A stretch of DNA of 64,000 nt from an uncultured Solirubrobacterales bacterium (GCA_963702875.1 OY969768.1:875876-939875); one strand, 5' to 3'; numbered from the stretch's first letter, positions 9,206 to 18,913 are shown. Notes: generated by a model not told the origin, from the letters alone. Translations and numbers: made by a program.

Positions 9206-10417
9206 ATGCGGTTCTTCGAGTACGAATCCCGCGCGATCGTCGCGAAGGCGGGGATCCCGGTCACCAAGCACGGCTTCGCCAACACGGCCGACGACGCGCG
9301 CCGGACCGCCGAGGAGATCGCGGGCCCGGTCGTGATCAAGTCCCAGGTCCTGACCGGCGGCCGGATGAAGGCCGGCGGCGTCCAGTTCGCCGATACGCCG
9401 GATCAGGCCGCCCGGCATGCCGAGCACGTGCTGAACCTCGAGATCAACGGCCACATGCCGCGCGGCGTGCTGGTCGACTCGCGGGCCGCGGTCAAGCACG
9501 AGTACTACGCGGGCGTCGTCTGGGACGGGATCCGAAAGCGCCCGGTGATGCTGTTCTCCGATATGGGCGGGATCGACATCGAGGAGGTCGCCGAGCAGCA
9601 CCCGGATCACGTCGCCCGGGGTCACTTCTCGGCGCTGCGGCCGTTCTCGGACTGGCAGGCCAAGCAGGTGATCGCGTCGCTCGGGATCACAGGCTCGGCG
9701 CTCAACCGGCTGACCCCGATCCTCGCGCGGCTGGCGCGGCTGTTCCTGCAGTACGACATGACGCTGGCCGAGATCAACCCGCTCGGCGAACTGCAGGACG
9801 GAAGCTTTGTCGCGCTCGACGCCCACATGGACATGGAGAACGAGGCCCGGCCGCGTCAGAAGGCGCTGCTGCACGAGCTCGGAGTCGGCGACGAGGAGAC
9901 GCGCCAGGCGCGCGAGGCGACGCCGTTCGAGCTCGCGGGCGAGCAGGTCGACGCGCAGGACCACCGCGGTGTCGCCGGCAACGTCACCGAGTTCGACGGC
10001 AACCTCGGGCTCGTGATCGGTGCGGGCGGCGGCTCGCTGACGCTGTTCGACGCGGTCCGCGCCCACGGCGGCGATCCCGCCAACTACTGCGAGATCGGCG
10101 GCAACCCATCGGTCGCGAAGGCGTGCGGTCTCGCCAAGCTCGTGCTGCAGAAGCCCGGCGTCGACAAGATCGCGGTGATGATGTCGATCGTCTCGAATAC
10201 GCGCGTGGACATCGTCGCGCGAGGGGTGATCAAGGCCTGCGTCGAGCTCGGCTACGACCCGGCCGAGAAGATCGCGATCTTCCGGATCCCCGGTGCGTGG
10301 GAGGAGGAGGGCTTCAAGATCCTCGAGAAGTACGGCGTCGATTACGCCGACCGGAGCGTCTCGCTGCATCAGGCGGCCAAGCGCGCGGTCGAGAAGATTC
10401 AGGGCGGCGCCGTCTAG
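9206..10417 (+). CDS. SucC-family ATP-grasp subunit of an ADP-forming acyl-CoA ligase; substrate uncertain
   Basis: MRFFEYESRAIVAKAGIPV...VVIKSQVLTGGRMKAGGVQFA...; GNLGLVIGAGGGSLTLFDAV. Followed 2 nt later by the alpha-like subunit. Confidence 0.7.
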   Translation: MRFFEYESRAIVAKAGIPVTKHGFANTADDARRTAEEIAGPVVIKSQVLTGGRMKAGGVQFADTPDQAARHAEHVLNLEINGHMPRGVLVDSRAAVKHEYYAGVVWDGIRKRPVMLFSDMGGIDIEEVAEQHPDHVARGHFSALRPFSDWQAKQVIASLGITGSALNRLTPILARLARLFLQYDMTLAEINPLGELQDGSFVALDAHMDMENEARPRQKALLHELGVGDEETRQAREATPFELAGEQVDAQDHRGVAGNVTEFDGNLGLVIGAGGGSLTLFDAVRAHGGDPANYCEIGGNPSVAKACGLAKLVLQKPGVDKIAVMMSIVSNTRVDIVARGVIKACVELGYDPAEKIAIFRIPGAWEEEGFKILEKYGVDYADRSVSLHQAAKRAVEKIQGGAV

Positions 10418-10419
10418 TC

Positions 10420-11343
10420 ATGTCGATCCTGATCGATGCGGACACGACCTTCCTGGTCCAGGGGATCACCGGCCGCGAGGCCGTCAACCTGACCCGCGAG
10501 TGCCTCGACTACGGTGCCGGCGCGAAGATCGTCGGCGGCGTCACGCCGGGGCGGCTCGGGCGCGACGTCCACGGCGTGCCCGTGTTCGACACGGTCGCGC
10601 AGGCGGTCGAGCACCACGGCGCCCCGATCGACGGCTCGGTCGTGACCGTCCCCCCCGCATTCACCAAGGACGCCGTGTTCGAGGCGCTCGAGAACGGGGT
10701 CAAGTTGGTCGTGATCGTGACCGAGCGGATCCCCCGCCGCGACGTCGCCGAGATGGTCGAGCTCGCCGCCGAGCGCCGAGCGCGAATCATCGGCCCCAAC
10801 TGCCTCGGGATCATCGTCCCCGACGTGATCAAGATGGGCGGGATCGGAGGACCGGCGAAGGACGCGGCCAAGTCCTACAGGCCGGGCCCCGTCGGCGTGA
10901 TCTCGCGCAGCGGCGGCATGACGACCGAGATGTCCTCGACCCTGACCGCCGCCGGACTGGGCCAGTCGACCGCCGTCTCGATCGGTGGCGACGCGATCAT
11001 CGGCTCAACCTACGCCGAGCTGATGCCGCTGTTCGAGGCCGACGAGCAGACCCAGGCGATCGTGATCTACACCGAGCCGGGCGGGCGGATGGAGGCCGAG
11101 CTCGCGCGCTGGGTGACCGAGACCGGCTCGCGCCTGCCGATCGTCGCGTTCATGGCCGGCCGCTTCATGGACGAGATGCCGGGCATGAGCTTCGGCCATG
11201 CCGGAACGATCGTCGAGGGCAAGGAGGACACCGCCACCGAGAAGATCACGCGGCTGGCCGAGGCGGGGATCGTCGTCGCTGAGGAGATCTCTCAGATCCC
11301 CGAGATCGTCAAGCAGAAGATCGCGGCAGGAGGGCGGACGTGA
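10420..11343 (+). CDS. SucD-family CoA-binding alpha subunit of an acyl-CoA ligase
   Basis: LVQGITGREA, IIGPNCLGII, VGVISRSGGMTTE, MSFGHAGTIV (phosphohistidine loop). Confidence 0.75.
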   Translation: MSILIDADTTFLVQGITGREAVNLTRECLDYGAGAKIVGGVTPGRLGRDVHGVPVFDTVAQAVEHHGAPIDGSVVTVPPAFTKDAVFEALENGVKLVVIVTERIPRRDVAEMVELAAERRARIIGPNCLGIIVPDVIKMGGIGGPAKDAAKSYRPGPVGVISRSGGMTTEMSSTLTAAGLGQSTAVSIGGDAIIGSTYAELMPLFEADEQTQAIVIYTEPGGRMEAELARWVTETGSRLPIVAFMAGRFMDEMPGMSFGHAGTIVEGKEDTATEKITRLAEAGIVVAEEISQIPEIVKQKIAAGGRT

Positions 11344-11582
11344 GCGCTGCGCTTTTCATCGGCATCGAGGTCGACGACTCGGTCGCCAGCGACCCTGCGC
11401 TCGCGGGCAAGCTGGTCGACGTTTGCCCGGTCGACATCTTCGCCAAGAACGACGACGGCACGCTGCGGATCGTGCAGGACAACCTCGACGAGTGCGTGCT
11501 GTGCCAGCTCTGCATCAACGCGGCGCCGGCCGGGACCGTCAAGGTCCTGAAGCTGTACTCGGGCGAGTCGCTCCCAGCCTGA
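11340..11582 (+). CDS. Small ferredoxin-like protein with partial 4Fe-4S motifs
   Basis: 80 aa. The GTG start overlaps the sucD-like stop (GTGA). Contains ...DVCPVDIF... and ...ECVLCQLCINAAP...; only one complete CxxCxxC motif plus one CP motif. Confidence 0.45.
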   Translation: MSAALFIGIEVDDSVASDPALAGKLVDVCPVDIFAKNDDGTLRIVQDNLDECVLCQLCINAAPAGTVKVLKLYSGESLPA

Positions 11583-11660
11583 GTTCGACCCACGGGCCGC
11601 AGCCGCGGCGAGCGACGCGTCAATTACCCGTGAACCGCGGCGGGGTAGGATCCAGGCGCG

Positions 11661-12035
11661 ATGGCCGCGAAGATCCTAATCCGAGGCTCGATCGTGCGCG
11701 CCGGCTACGGAATCCTTGCGCTGCTGTTCCCGAAGCTGCTGCTCGCCGGCTCGGGCATGACCGAGGACCAGCTCGGCCCCGACGCTCGCTACTTCAATCG
11801 GCTGTTCGGCGGTCGCGACCTGCTCGTCGCCGCCGCGACCGTGATCGCCGCGAAGGCCGGCGAGGAGGAGAAGGCGACCCAGGCCAACCTCGCCTGCGAG
11901 GCGACCGACACCGTTTCGTTCCTCGGCGAGCTGCGCAGCCGCGGCGGCCTCGATCGCACGCTCGCGATCGGGCTGGCGTTCAACCTGTTGGGCTACGCCA
12001 ACTGGCTGCGCGCGCTGCGCGCGCTCAAGCGCTAG
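11661..12035 (+). CDS. Hypothetical small protein, partly hydrophobic
   Basis: 124-aa ORF with coding-like composition; I recognise no motif. Confidence 0.4.
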   Translation: MAAKILIRGSIVRAGYGILALLFPKLLLAGSGMTEDQLGPDARYFNRLFGGRDLLVAAATVIAAKAGEEEKATQANLACEATDTVSFLGELRSRGGLDRTLAIGLAFNLLGYANWLRALRALKR

Positions 12036-15013
12036 GCGGCCCGACCGGCCAGCCGCCTGTGCGCGGCGTCGGTCAGCGGACGGTAGGTCTCGCCGCCGGC
12101 GTCGAGATACCAGGCCTGCCCTGACTCGTCGGGCTCGGGGATCCCGGCTGCCCGCAGCGGCGCGGTCAGCGGCCGGAACCATGTCGTGACCGGGATCTCG
12201 CCGACCACGTGCACGATCGCGGGCCGCTCGCGCCGGTGCAGCCGGCGCACCGCCCGGCCGAGCTCCTGCGGGCGCAGCTCGCAGCCGTCGCGCAGCGTGA
12301 TCGCGGCGACCGCCACCTCATGCTGATCGTGGGCGGCGACGCCATAGGCGACGGCGAGGTCGACCCCGGGAAGGTCGGACAGCGCGTCGCGGATCGGCGT
12401 CGTGAACACGGCGCCGTCCGCGGTCCGGATCACGTCGGCGATGTTGTCGAGACGCCAGTAGTCGCCGTCGGGGTCGCGGCGGAACAGGTCGCCGGTCGCC
12501 AGCCACGAGTCCTCGGGTGCGAACAGTCCGCGCAGCGGGATCGTGCTCGAGGTCTCCTCCGGGTCGACGCGGGCCAGCAGCATCCCGACCTTGTTTGGTC
12601 CGCACTCGCGCGCGAGCCCGTCGCGGCCGAGCACCAGCCGTTCGTGCTCGAGGTCGTAGACCGCGATCCGGACCGATGCGCTGCCCGGCAGCGGGCGCCC
12701 CATGCAGCCCTCCTTGGCGCCGCTGAGGTTGACGAGGATCGCTCCCGCTTCGGTCGAGGCATAGAACTCGAGCACGCGCGCGGGCCTGAAGCGCTCCTGC
12801 ACGCGCCGCCACAGTCCCCGCGGCATCCCCGAGCCGATGAACAGCCGCAGCGAGTGGTGGCGCTCGCCTGGTTGGGGCGGGGCGGCGAGCAGGTCGTGCA
12901 GCAGGGTCCAGGTGTAGGACGCGACGGTCACGCCATAGCGTCGCGCCTCCTCCCAGAACGTCGTCGGCTCGAACTCGCTCGCCATCGCCAGCCGGGCGCC
13001 GCCCGCGACCGCGCCGCCGATGCTCATCATCAGCCCCGACGGGTGATACAGCGGCGTCACGCTGTAGACCGTGTCGCCCCCGCTCAGTGCCGCCGATGAC
13101 GCGGTGCCGAACGCCGACAGCGCCCAGCGCCGGTTCGTGATCCGGCTCATCCGCGTCCGGCTCCCAGAACCGGTGAAGAGGATGAACGCGGCGTCACTCG
13201 CGCGCCCAGGGTTGGGCCGGTACCAGCGCGGGAGCGTAACCGCGTCGGGATCGATCTGCTCCATGTCGGTGGTCAGCGGGATCCCCAGATCGCGCGGTCC
13301 TCCCCCACCGCCGAGCACGAACGTGTGGAGCTTGCCGAGCCCGGAGGCGAGCGGCGCGCGCTCGGGGTCGGCGATGATCCGGTCGACCTGGCCGAGCTCG
13401 ACCTCGCGCGCAAGGTCTCCGTCGGGCCGGAGCAGCACCGCAACGGCGCCGAGACGGCTGATCGCGACCACCAACGCGAGCGCGCTCGGACGCGTTCCCA
13501 TCAGGACGCCGACATGCTGTCCGCGGCGAACGCCGATCGAGATCAGCCCGCGGACGACGTTGTCGATCCGCTCGTTGATCTCTTGCGCGCTGTAGGCGCG
13601 ATCCTCGAACAGGAAGAAGATCTCATCGCCGGCCCTGCGGCGTCGCTCCTGCACCAGCAGCCCGAGCGAGATCCGGGTGCTCGGCTGGATCTGCTCAAGC
13701 CGCGCCAGTCGCGGGAGCGCGCCGGCCGCCTCGAACGCGAGCTCGCGCATGCTGCGAGCTGTCCGCTCGGCCGTCCGCAGCACCGATCGCCCGATTCCGG
13801 CTCCGACGCCGCCGGCGAGCTCAAGTCCGTAGCCGACGCGATTTCGGACCTCGGGCACGAGCTGGGTCGAGGGCTCGTCGGGGATCGGCTGAAGCTCGGA
13901 CGGGAGCTCGCCTCGGCCGGCACGCCAGCGGATCCACGCGCCGACCGTCGGCCATGTGACCTCGTTCGCGGTCGTGCCGACGACGAGTCCGAAGTGGCCC
14001 GCCCGCAGCGCGAGCTCGTAGATGTCAGCGCGGGGCGCAGCCTGGCGGATCGCGCGTACTCCGGGGGCCGGCGCGATCTCGTCGACGGTGCCGACGACCG
14101 ACATGATCGGGCAGTCGATGTCGGCGAGCGTCACCAGCCGATCCTCGATCACGAACCCGCCCTGGAGCATCCGGTTGTGGGCGATGAACTGGCTCAGGAA
14201 GTCCGCCATCGCGGGTCCCGGCCATGCGACCCAGCCCTCGGCCTCGAGGAACCTGCGGGTGCCCTCGCGCGGGAGCAGCGCGTCGCGATCATGGAGCTGG
14301 AGGATGAATTCGACCCGGCTGCGCAGCGACTTGACCGGGTCGAGCAGTCTGAACCCGGTCCGGCTGGCCCACGCCGGCAGCGCCCAGGCGCGGAACACGT
14401 GCTCGGCGAGCACGCCCGCGGCACCGGCGGCGAGCTGCTCGGGGATCCCGAACGGCATCGCCAGACGCGTGTCGACGGGGCTGCCGAACGTCACCAGCGA
14501 CACGATGCCGTCGCTGCGCCGGTAGGCGGCGGTCTGGTAGCAGAACATCCCACCCTGCGAGTAGCCGGCCAGGTGGACGTCCTGCCCGGTGACCTCGCGA
14601 ACGCGTTGCACCGCGTCTGAGACCGCGAGCACGTGGTCGGTCAGGGTCCGCTCGAGCCCTCCCTCCTCATGCTCGGGCGAGCCGAAGTCGACGACCCACG
14701 GGTCGACCCCGCGCTCGTGCAGGATCGTGACCGCGCTTGTCATCGTCGAGACGTCGTAGACCTCGGCGGCGAGCATCATCGGCGGTACCAGCAGGATCGG
14801 CGCACGCGCGGTGCGCGCGCCGTCCCCCGGGTCCGGGTAATAACGCCGAAGCCGGTAAACCCGCTCCTCGCTGACGACCTCGTACGGCGACGGCTCCTCG
14901 TCGGTTTCGAGCCCGCCGAACCGCGCGACCTCGAGCGCGTTCTGGGCGGCGGCGCCGATCCGGGCCGCCGGCCCCGTGATCGTCTTCGAAATGATCGACA
15001 TCGGCGAGCGCAC
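12032..15013 (-). CDS. Bifunctional alpha/beta-hydrolase (PHA-synthase/lipase-like) plus AMP-dependent acyl-CoA synthetase fusion, resembling M. tuberculosis Rv1683
   Basis: 993 aa. The N-terminal half has HLAGYSQGG (nucleophile elbow). The C-terminal half has adenylate-forming motifs (ILFTGSGSRTRMS, YASTEAG, WLATGDLF). Confidence 0.7.
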   Translation of the reverse strand: MRSPMSIISKTITGPAARIGAAAQNALEVARFGGLETDEEPSPYEVVSEERVYRLRRYYPDPGDGARTARAPILLVPPMMLAAEVYDVSTMTSAVTILHERGVDPWVVDFGSPEHEEGGLERTLTDHVLAVSDAVQRVREVTGQDVHLAGYSQGGMFCYQTAAYRRSDGIVSLVTFGSPVDTRLAMPFGIPEQLAAGAAGVLAEHVFRAWALPAWASRTGFRLLDPVKSLRSRVEFILQLHDRDALLPREGTRRFLEAEGWVAWPGPAMADFLSQFIAHNRMLQGGFVIEDRLVTLADIDCPIMSVVGTVDEIAPAPGVRAIRQAAPRADIYELALRAGHFGLVVGTTANEVTWPTVGAWIRWRAGRGELPSELQPIPDEPSTQLVPEVRNRVGYGLELAGGVGAGIGRSVLRTAERTARSMRELAFEAAGALPRLARLEQIQPSTRISLGLLVQERRRRAGDEIFFLFEDRAYSAQEINERIDNVVRGLISIGVRRGQHVGVLMGTRPSALALVVAISRLGAVAVLLRPDGDLAREVELGQVDRIIADPERAPLASGLGKLHTFVLGGGGGPRDLGIPLTTDMEQIDPDAVTLPRWYRPNPGRASDAAFILFTGSGSRTRMSRITNRRWALSAFGTASSAALSGGDTVYSVTPLYHPSGLMMSIGGAVAGGARLAMASEFEPTTFWEEARRYGVTVASYTWTLLHDLLAAPPQPGERHHSLRLFIGSGMPRGLWRRVQERFRPARVLEFYASTEAGAILVNLSGAKEGCMGRPLPGSASVRIAVYDLEHERLVLGRDGLARECGPNKVGMLLARVDPEETSSTIPLRGLFAPEDSWLATGDLFRRDPDGDYWRLDNIADVIRTADGAVFTTPIRDALSDLPGVDLAVAYGVAAHDQHEVAVAAITLRDGCELRPQELGRAVRRLHRRERPAIVHVVGEIPVTTWFRPLTAPLRAAGIPEPDESGQAWYLDAGGETYRPLTDAAHRRLAGRAA

Positions 15014-15120
15014 ATCTTCTCGGAACTCGCGTCACGCTGCTGCCGCGGCCGCTATCGTCGTGCCGCGCCCGTGCCCGAGAAGCCTGCCACCGACACGCCT
15101 CGCCAAGCGGCTCCCGGGCG

Positions 15121-16278
15121 GTGAGCGACAGCTCTCCTCGCGTCTCGCTGCGGACGGTCGCGATCGATTGGACGCGGATCGGCGTGACCGGCTTCGGCGG
15201 GCCGCCGACCCACATCGCCCTACTTCGCCAGCTCGTCGTCACACGGCACAATTGGATCAGCGAGCGCGAGATGGAGGACGCGATCGCGGCCTGCAACCTG
15301 CTGCCCGGGCCGGCGTCGACGCAGCTCGCGATCTTCTGCGCCCGGCGAGTGGCAGGGGCGGCCGGAGCGATCGTCGGCGGTCTCGGGTTCATCCTCCCAG
15401 CGGTCGCGATGATCACGGCGCTGTCGGCGCTGTTCCTGGCGCAGTCGCCGCCGACCTGGGTGCGGGGCGCGGGCGCGGGTGCGGGAGCGGTCGTCGCTGC
15501 CGTCGCCGTGCGCGCGGCGTTTGAGCTGCTCGGGCCGAGCTGGCGACGCGCCGGCAGTGTCGGCGCCCGCCGGGCCCGCTGGCTTGCCTACGTCGCGATC
15601 GGCGCCGCGGCCGGGTCGGTGCTCGGCGCCTACCTGGTGCTCGTCCTGCTGCTCTGCGGACTGGTCGAGCTCACGATCAGGAGCGCGCCGGCCGGCCACC
15701 GCGCGCTGCTGCCGCTGCCGCTGCCGCTCGCGGCCGCCGGCGTCGGCGGTCTCGGCGCGCTCGCGTGGGTGGCGCTGAAGGTCGGCGCGCTGTCGTTCGG
15801 CGGAGGGTTCGTGATCGTCCCGCTGATGCGCGCCGACGCCGTCCACACCTATCACTGGATGAGCTCGACGCAGTTCCTGTACGCGGTCGCGCTCGGCCAG
15901 GTCACGCCCGGGCCGGTGGTCGCCACGATCGCGGCGGTCGGCTATGCGGCCGACGGCATCGGCGGCGCGATCCTCGCCGCGACGATCGCGTTTCTTCCGT
16001 CGTTCATATTCGTGCTGATCGGCGGCGGCCATTTCGAGCGGCTGCGCGCCAACGCGCGCGCGCAGACGTTCCTCGACGGCGCCGGGCCGGCCGCGATCGG
16101 CGCGATCTTCGGCGCCGCGATCCCGCTGGCGACGGCGCTATCTGAGGCGTGGCAGTTCGCGCTGCTCGCCGCCGCCGCGTTCGTGCTGCTGGCGCTGCGG
16201 CGAGGGATCGTGCAGACGCTGCTCGCCGCCGGCGTGATCGGCGCGATCATCGCCCTCGCTGGTGGCCCGCTGCCGTGA
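15121..16278 (+). CDS. chrA: Chromate transporter (CHR family)
   Basis: GFGGPPTHIALLRQLVV...LLPGPASTQLAIF, and a second half with FGGGFVIVPLM...LGQVTPGPVV. Two CHR repeats in 385 aa. Confidence 0.8.
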   Translation: MSDSSPRVSLRTVAIDWTRIGVTGFGGPPTHIALLRQLVVTRHNWISEREMEDAIAACNLLPGPASTQLAIFCARRVAGAAGAIVGGLGFILPAVAMITALSALFLAQSPPTWVRGAGAGAGAVVAAVAVRAAFELLGPSWRRAGSVGARRARWLAYVAIGAAAGSVLGAYLVLVLLLCGLVELTIRSAPAGHRALLPLPLPLAAAGVGGLGALAWVALKVGALSFGGGFVIVPLMRADAVHTYHWMSSTQFLYAVALGQVTPGPVVATIAAVGYAADGIGGAILAATIAFLPSFIFVLIGGGHFERLRANARAQTFLDGAGPAAIGAIFGAAIPLATALSEAWQFALLAAAAFVLLALRRGIVQTLLAAGVIGAIIALAGGPLP

Positions 16279-16380
16279 GCAGCGGGTCCGTCGGGAGTCC
16301 GTCGGGGCCGAGCGGATCGGTTGTGGGTCCGTCCCCGAGGAGCGGATTGGTTGGGGGTCCGTCCCGGAGGAGCGAGTGGA
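16278..16380. repeat. Degenerate tandem repeat (~30-nt unit, GGGTCCGTC core recurring four times)
   Basis: GAGCGGATCGGTTGTGGGTCCGTCCCCGAG (16310-16339) and GAGCGGATTGGTTGGGGGTCCGTCCCGGAG (16340-16369), plus partial units on either side. Confidence 0.7.
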
Positions 16381-16407
16381 GGCCTCACCCGGGTGGGCGA
16401 GGCCTCC
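16378..16407. terminator. GC-rich hairpin between convergent chrA and the acylase gene
   Basis: GGAGGCCTC-ACCCGGGTGGGC-GAGGCCTCC; 9-bp outer stem. Confidence 0.5.
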
Positions 16408-16417
16408 GGCTCCTGAT

Positions 16418-18913
16418 TCAGCGTCCGGTGTCCTGCGGCGCGTTGCCGGAGAAGCTGATGACCTGCTGGATCCCGCTCGGGCGGTTCGTGTAGCGCATCG
16501 TGAACGGGAGCAGACCGGGCACGAAGCTGATCCGTTCGGCCGTCGCGCTTGCGCGCCAGGCGGACGGATTTGCCCCCTGCTTCGCCGCGAGCTGATTGCC
16601 CGCGGTGTTGATCGCGCTCCACAGCTGCGTGCGACAGCGCTTCAGGCTGCCGCCGCCGCAGTAGCGGACAGCGTACTTGCCGCGCACGTGCATTCCGAGC
16701 ATCGTCCGCAGGTCCTTATCCATGTAGATGTGCCAGCCGGTGTACTGACCCCCGGGTGGCTGGTCGTACTGGCTGTCGAACGACGCGAGCTCCGCCGAGA
16801 GCTTGCCGCCGAGCACGGACGAGGCCCATGCGTTGGCGAGCAACGGCCACGACTGGTCCATGATCGCCGCCCCGGGGTCGGTGATGTTGCCGATCCCGGA
16901 CGCGTCGGTCCGATCCAGCCGGCTGCCGCCGTGGCGGTACCACGCATCGAGTAGCGACAGCATCGTCGCGTCACGGGCGCTGGGCGCCTTGCCGCCGTGC
17001 AGCAGCTTCGACAGCAGCGGCTCGATCGTCATCTCGCGCACATCCTGGGTGGCGGCCTCGTTCATCGCTGAGGTCACCCGGGCAGGCGTCAGATTGTTGC
17101 CGTGCCCGAGGTTGTGCAGGAGCAGATCGACTCGCTGGATCGCGCCGAGCGACCAGTTGTCGTCGGGCGCCTCGTACCCGGCCTCCGGCCGGTTGTTCCA
17201 GTTGACGATCTCACCGCTCGGCGGGTTGATCCCCTGTGGGTGGTTCTTGAACGGGACCCAGCCGCGCCACTCCTCGTGGCCGGTGCCGTTGATCGGCAGC
17301 GCCGGATCCGCGTTCGAGGGGCGGATCGGCACGAGGCCGCTGGTGAAGACGCCGATGTCCTTGTTGTCGACGTACAGCGAGTTGAACGTCTGCGGCGTCT
17401 GGTCGGCTGCGTGGAAGAACTGATGCACGTTGTGCACCAGGCCGTGCGCGAGGTCGTGGTAGAAGAGCAGGTCGAGCGTGTCCTTGCCGTAGCTCGCCCG
17501 CTTGGTCGATAGCGCGACCAGCCTGCCGTGAACCCGCGCGTACCCGAACACCGGCCCGTGAACGGTCCGGTAGAACGTGACCTCGTGCGGGTCCGATCCG
17601 CCGAGCGCGCCGGCGTCGAAGTACTCCATCTTCCTGCACTTGCCGTCGAACATGTAGCGGTGGACGCTGTGGCCACACAGGGTCTCGACGTAGGTGTCGA
17701 TCTGGTCGAGTCCGGCCGATGTCAGCGACCATGCGGAGTCCTGGCTGCGGCCGATGAAGATGTAGCCCGGGAACGGAGCCGACATCGCGCCGCGCTGGCT
17801 GATGCCGGGGCCCTCGAGATCCATCTCGAGCGTCAGGCCCGGATAGAAGTAGCCGATCTGCGGTCCGGCGACCATGATCGGATGATGAGTCGCCGAGCGC
17901 TTGCCCGAGACCAGCAGCGCGTTGCTCGCATGCGCGCGCTCGTGCTGTTGGACGGCGATCGCCTGCGTCGCGCTGCTCGACAGGCTGCCGGGGTCGAGCA
18001 GCACGTTGCCACTCTCGCTCTTGGGCCGCGGCTGGAACTGGACGTGACCCGGGACGCTTGCCGGCGCCTCGGGATCGTAGGCCTCGCGGAAGTCGTTCCA
18101 GACCTCACGGCCACGCTTGTTGCCGAGCTTGCGCATCAGCGCCGAGAGGAACTCGGCGCGCGGCGCCTCGTCTCCCCCGCCCTCACCGACGAACTGATCC
18201 TTCAGCGCGTTGAACGCGTAGATATCGGTGCGGGTGAACTTTGCGACGTTCGAGTAGAACCCGAGCTTGTCGCCGTGTGCGGTGATGTACGCGTTGATGC
18301 CCTGCAGGTAGACGTCGATGTCGTGCAGGACCTCGCGGCCCTTCTTGCCGTGGGCGAGCAGCACGTTCGTCTGCTTGGCGACCTCTTTCTCGGTCTGCGC
18401 CGAGGGCTTGAACGACGTCACGCTCGAGATCAGGCTGAGGGCGTTCAGCCCGGGAGCGTCGATCGCCGCGACCAGCGCTGGATAGCGCGCCTCCTGGAGC
18501 AGTAGACCGCGATCTTCGGCGACCACCCAGCCGGCCCCCCACGTCACATCGTCGCGGGTCACGCCGTAAATGTGCGGGACGTCGAAGCTGTCACGCAGGA
18601 TCGTGACGCCGGGGTGCGGCACCGACTCGTGCGTCAGCGTTCCAGTCACCGCGCTGCCGACGGCCTCGGACTTGAAGTCCGAGAACAGATCGGACTGGGT
18701 GACGTGGTTGAACAGCGGCGTCAGCGCGTTGTACATCATCGCCTGGGTGGTCGCGCCGGGCGGCGGCGGATCGGACCCGTACTGCCCGGACGGGATGATG
18801 TTGCGCGCGATATTCGCGTAGTCCTTGGCCGCGGCCCCGGCCGATGCCGGCGCGACACATGTCAGCGCCAGTGCAGCAGCCGAGAACGCCAGCGCAGCGA
18901 GCTTTCGGGACAA
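16418..18913 (-). CDS. Penicillin-acylase-family (S45 Ntn-hydrolase) secreted protein
   Basis: TTG at 18913 follows AAGGAG and yields the signal peptide LSRKLAALAFSAAALALTCVAPASA. Internal ...HERAHA/SNALLVSG is a candidate autoproteolytic Ser nucleophile. The ORF track starts at 18979. Confidence 0.7.
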   Translation of the reverse strand: MSRKLAALAFSAAALALTCVAPASAGAAAKDYANIARNIIPSGQYGSDPPPPGATTQAMMYNALTPLFNHVTQSDLFSDFKSEAVGSAVTGTLTHESVPHPGVTILRDSFDVPHIYGVTRDDVTWGAGWVVAEDRGLLLQEARYPALVAAIDAPGLNALSLISSVTSFKPSAQTEKEVAKQTNVLLAHGKKGREVLHDIDVYLQGINAYITAHGDKLGFYSNVAKFTRTDIYAFNALKDQFVGEGGGDEAPRAEFLSALMRKLGNKRGREVWNDFREAYDPEAPASVPGHVQFQPRPKSESGNVLLDPGSLSSSATQAIAVQQHERAHASNALLVSGKRSATHHPIMVAGPQIGYFYPGLTLEMDLEGPGISQRGAMSAPFPGYIFIGRSQDSAWSLTSAGLDQIDTYVETLCGHSVHRYMFDGKCRKMEYFDAGALGGSDPHEVTFYRTVHGPVFGYARVHGRLVALSTKRASYGKDTLDLLFYHDLAHGLVHNVHQFFHAADQTPQTFNSLYVDNKDIGVFTSGLVPIRPSNADPALPINGTGHEEWRGWVPFKNHPQGINPPSGEIVNWNNRPEAGYEAPDDNWSLGAIQRVDLLLHNLGHGNNLTPARVTSAMNEAATQDVREMTIEPLLSKLLHGGKAPSARDATMLSLLDAWYRHGGSRLDRTDASGIGNITDPGAAIMDQSWPLLANAWASSVLGGKLSAELASFDSQYDQPPGGQYTGWHIYMDKDLRTMLGMHVRGKYAVRYCGGGSLKRCRTQLWSAINTAGNQLAAKQGANPSAWRASATAERISFVPGLLPFTMRYTNRPSGIQQVISFSGNAPQDTGR

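Noticed and set aside
16418-18913. A link between the penicillin/AHL-acylase-family enzyme and the LuxR-type regulators (quorum quenching or sensing).
   Set aside because: The genes are 12-15 kb apart. The LuxR proteins are LAL-type and GerE-only, with no autoinducer-binding domain visible, and there is no luxI-type gene.
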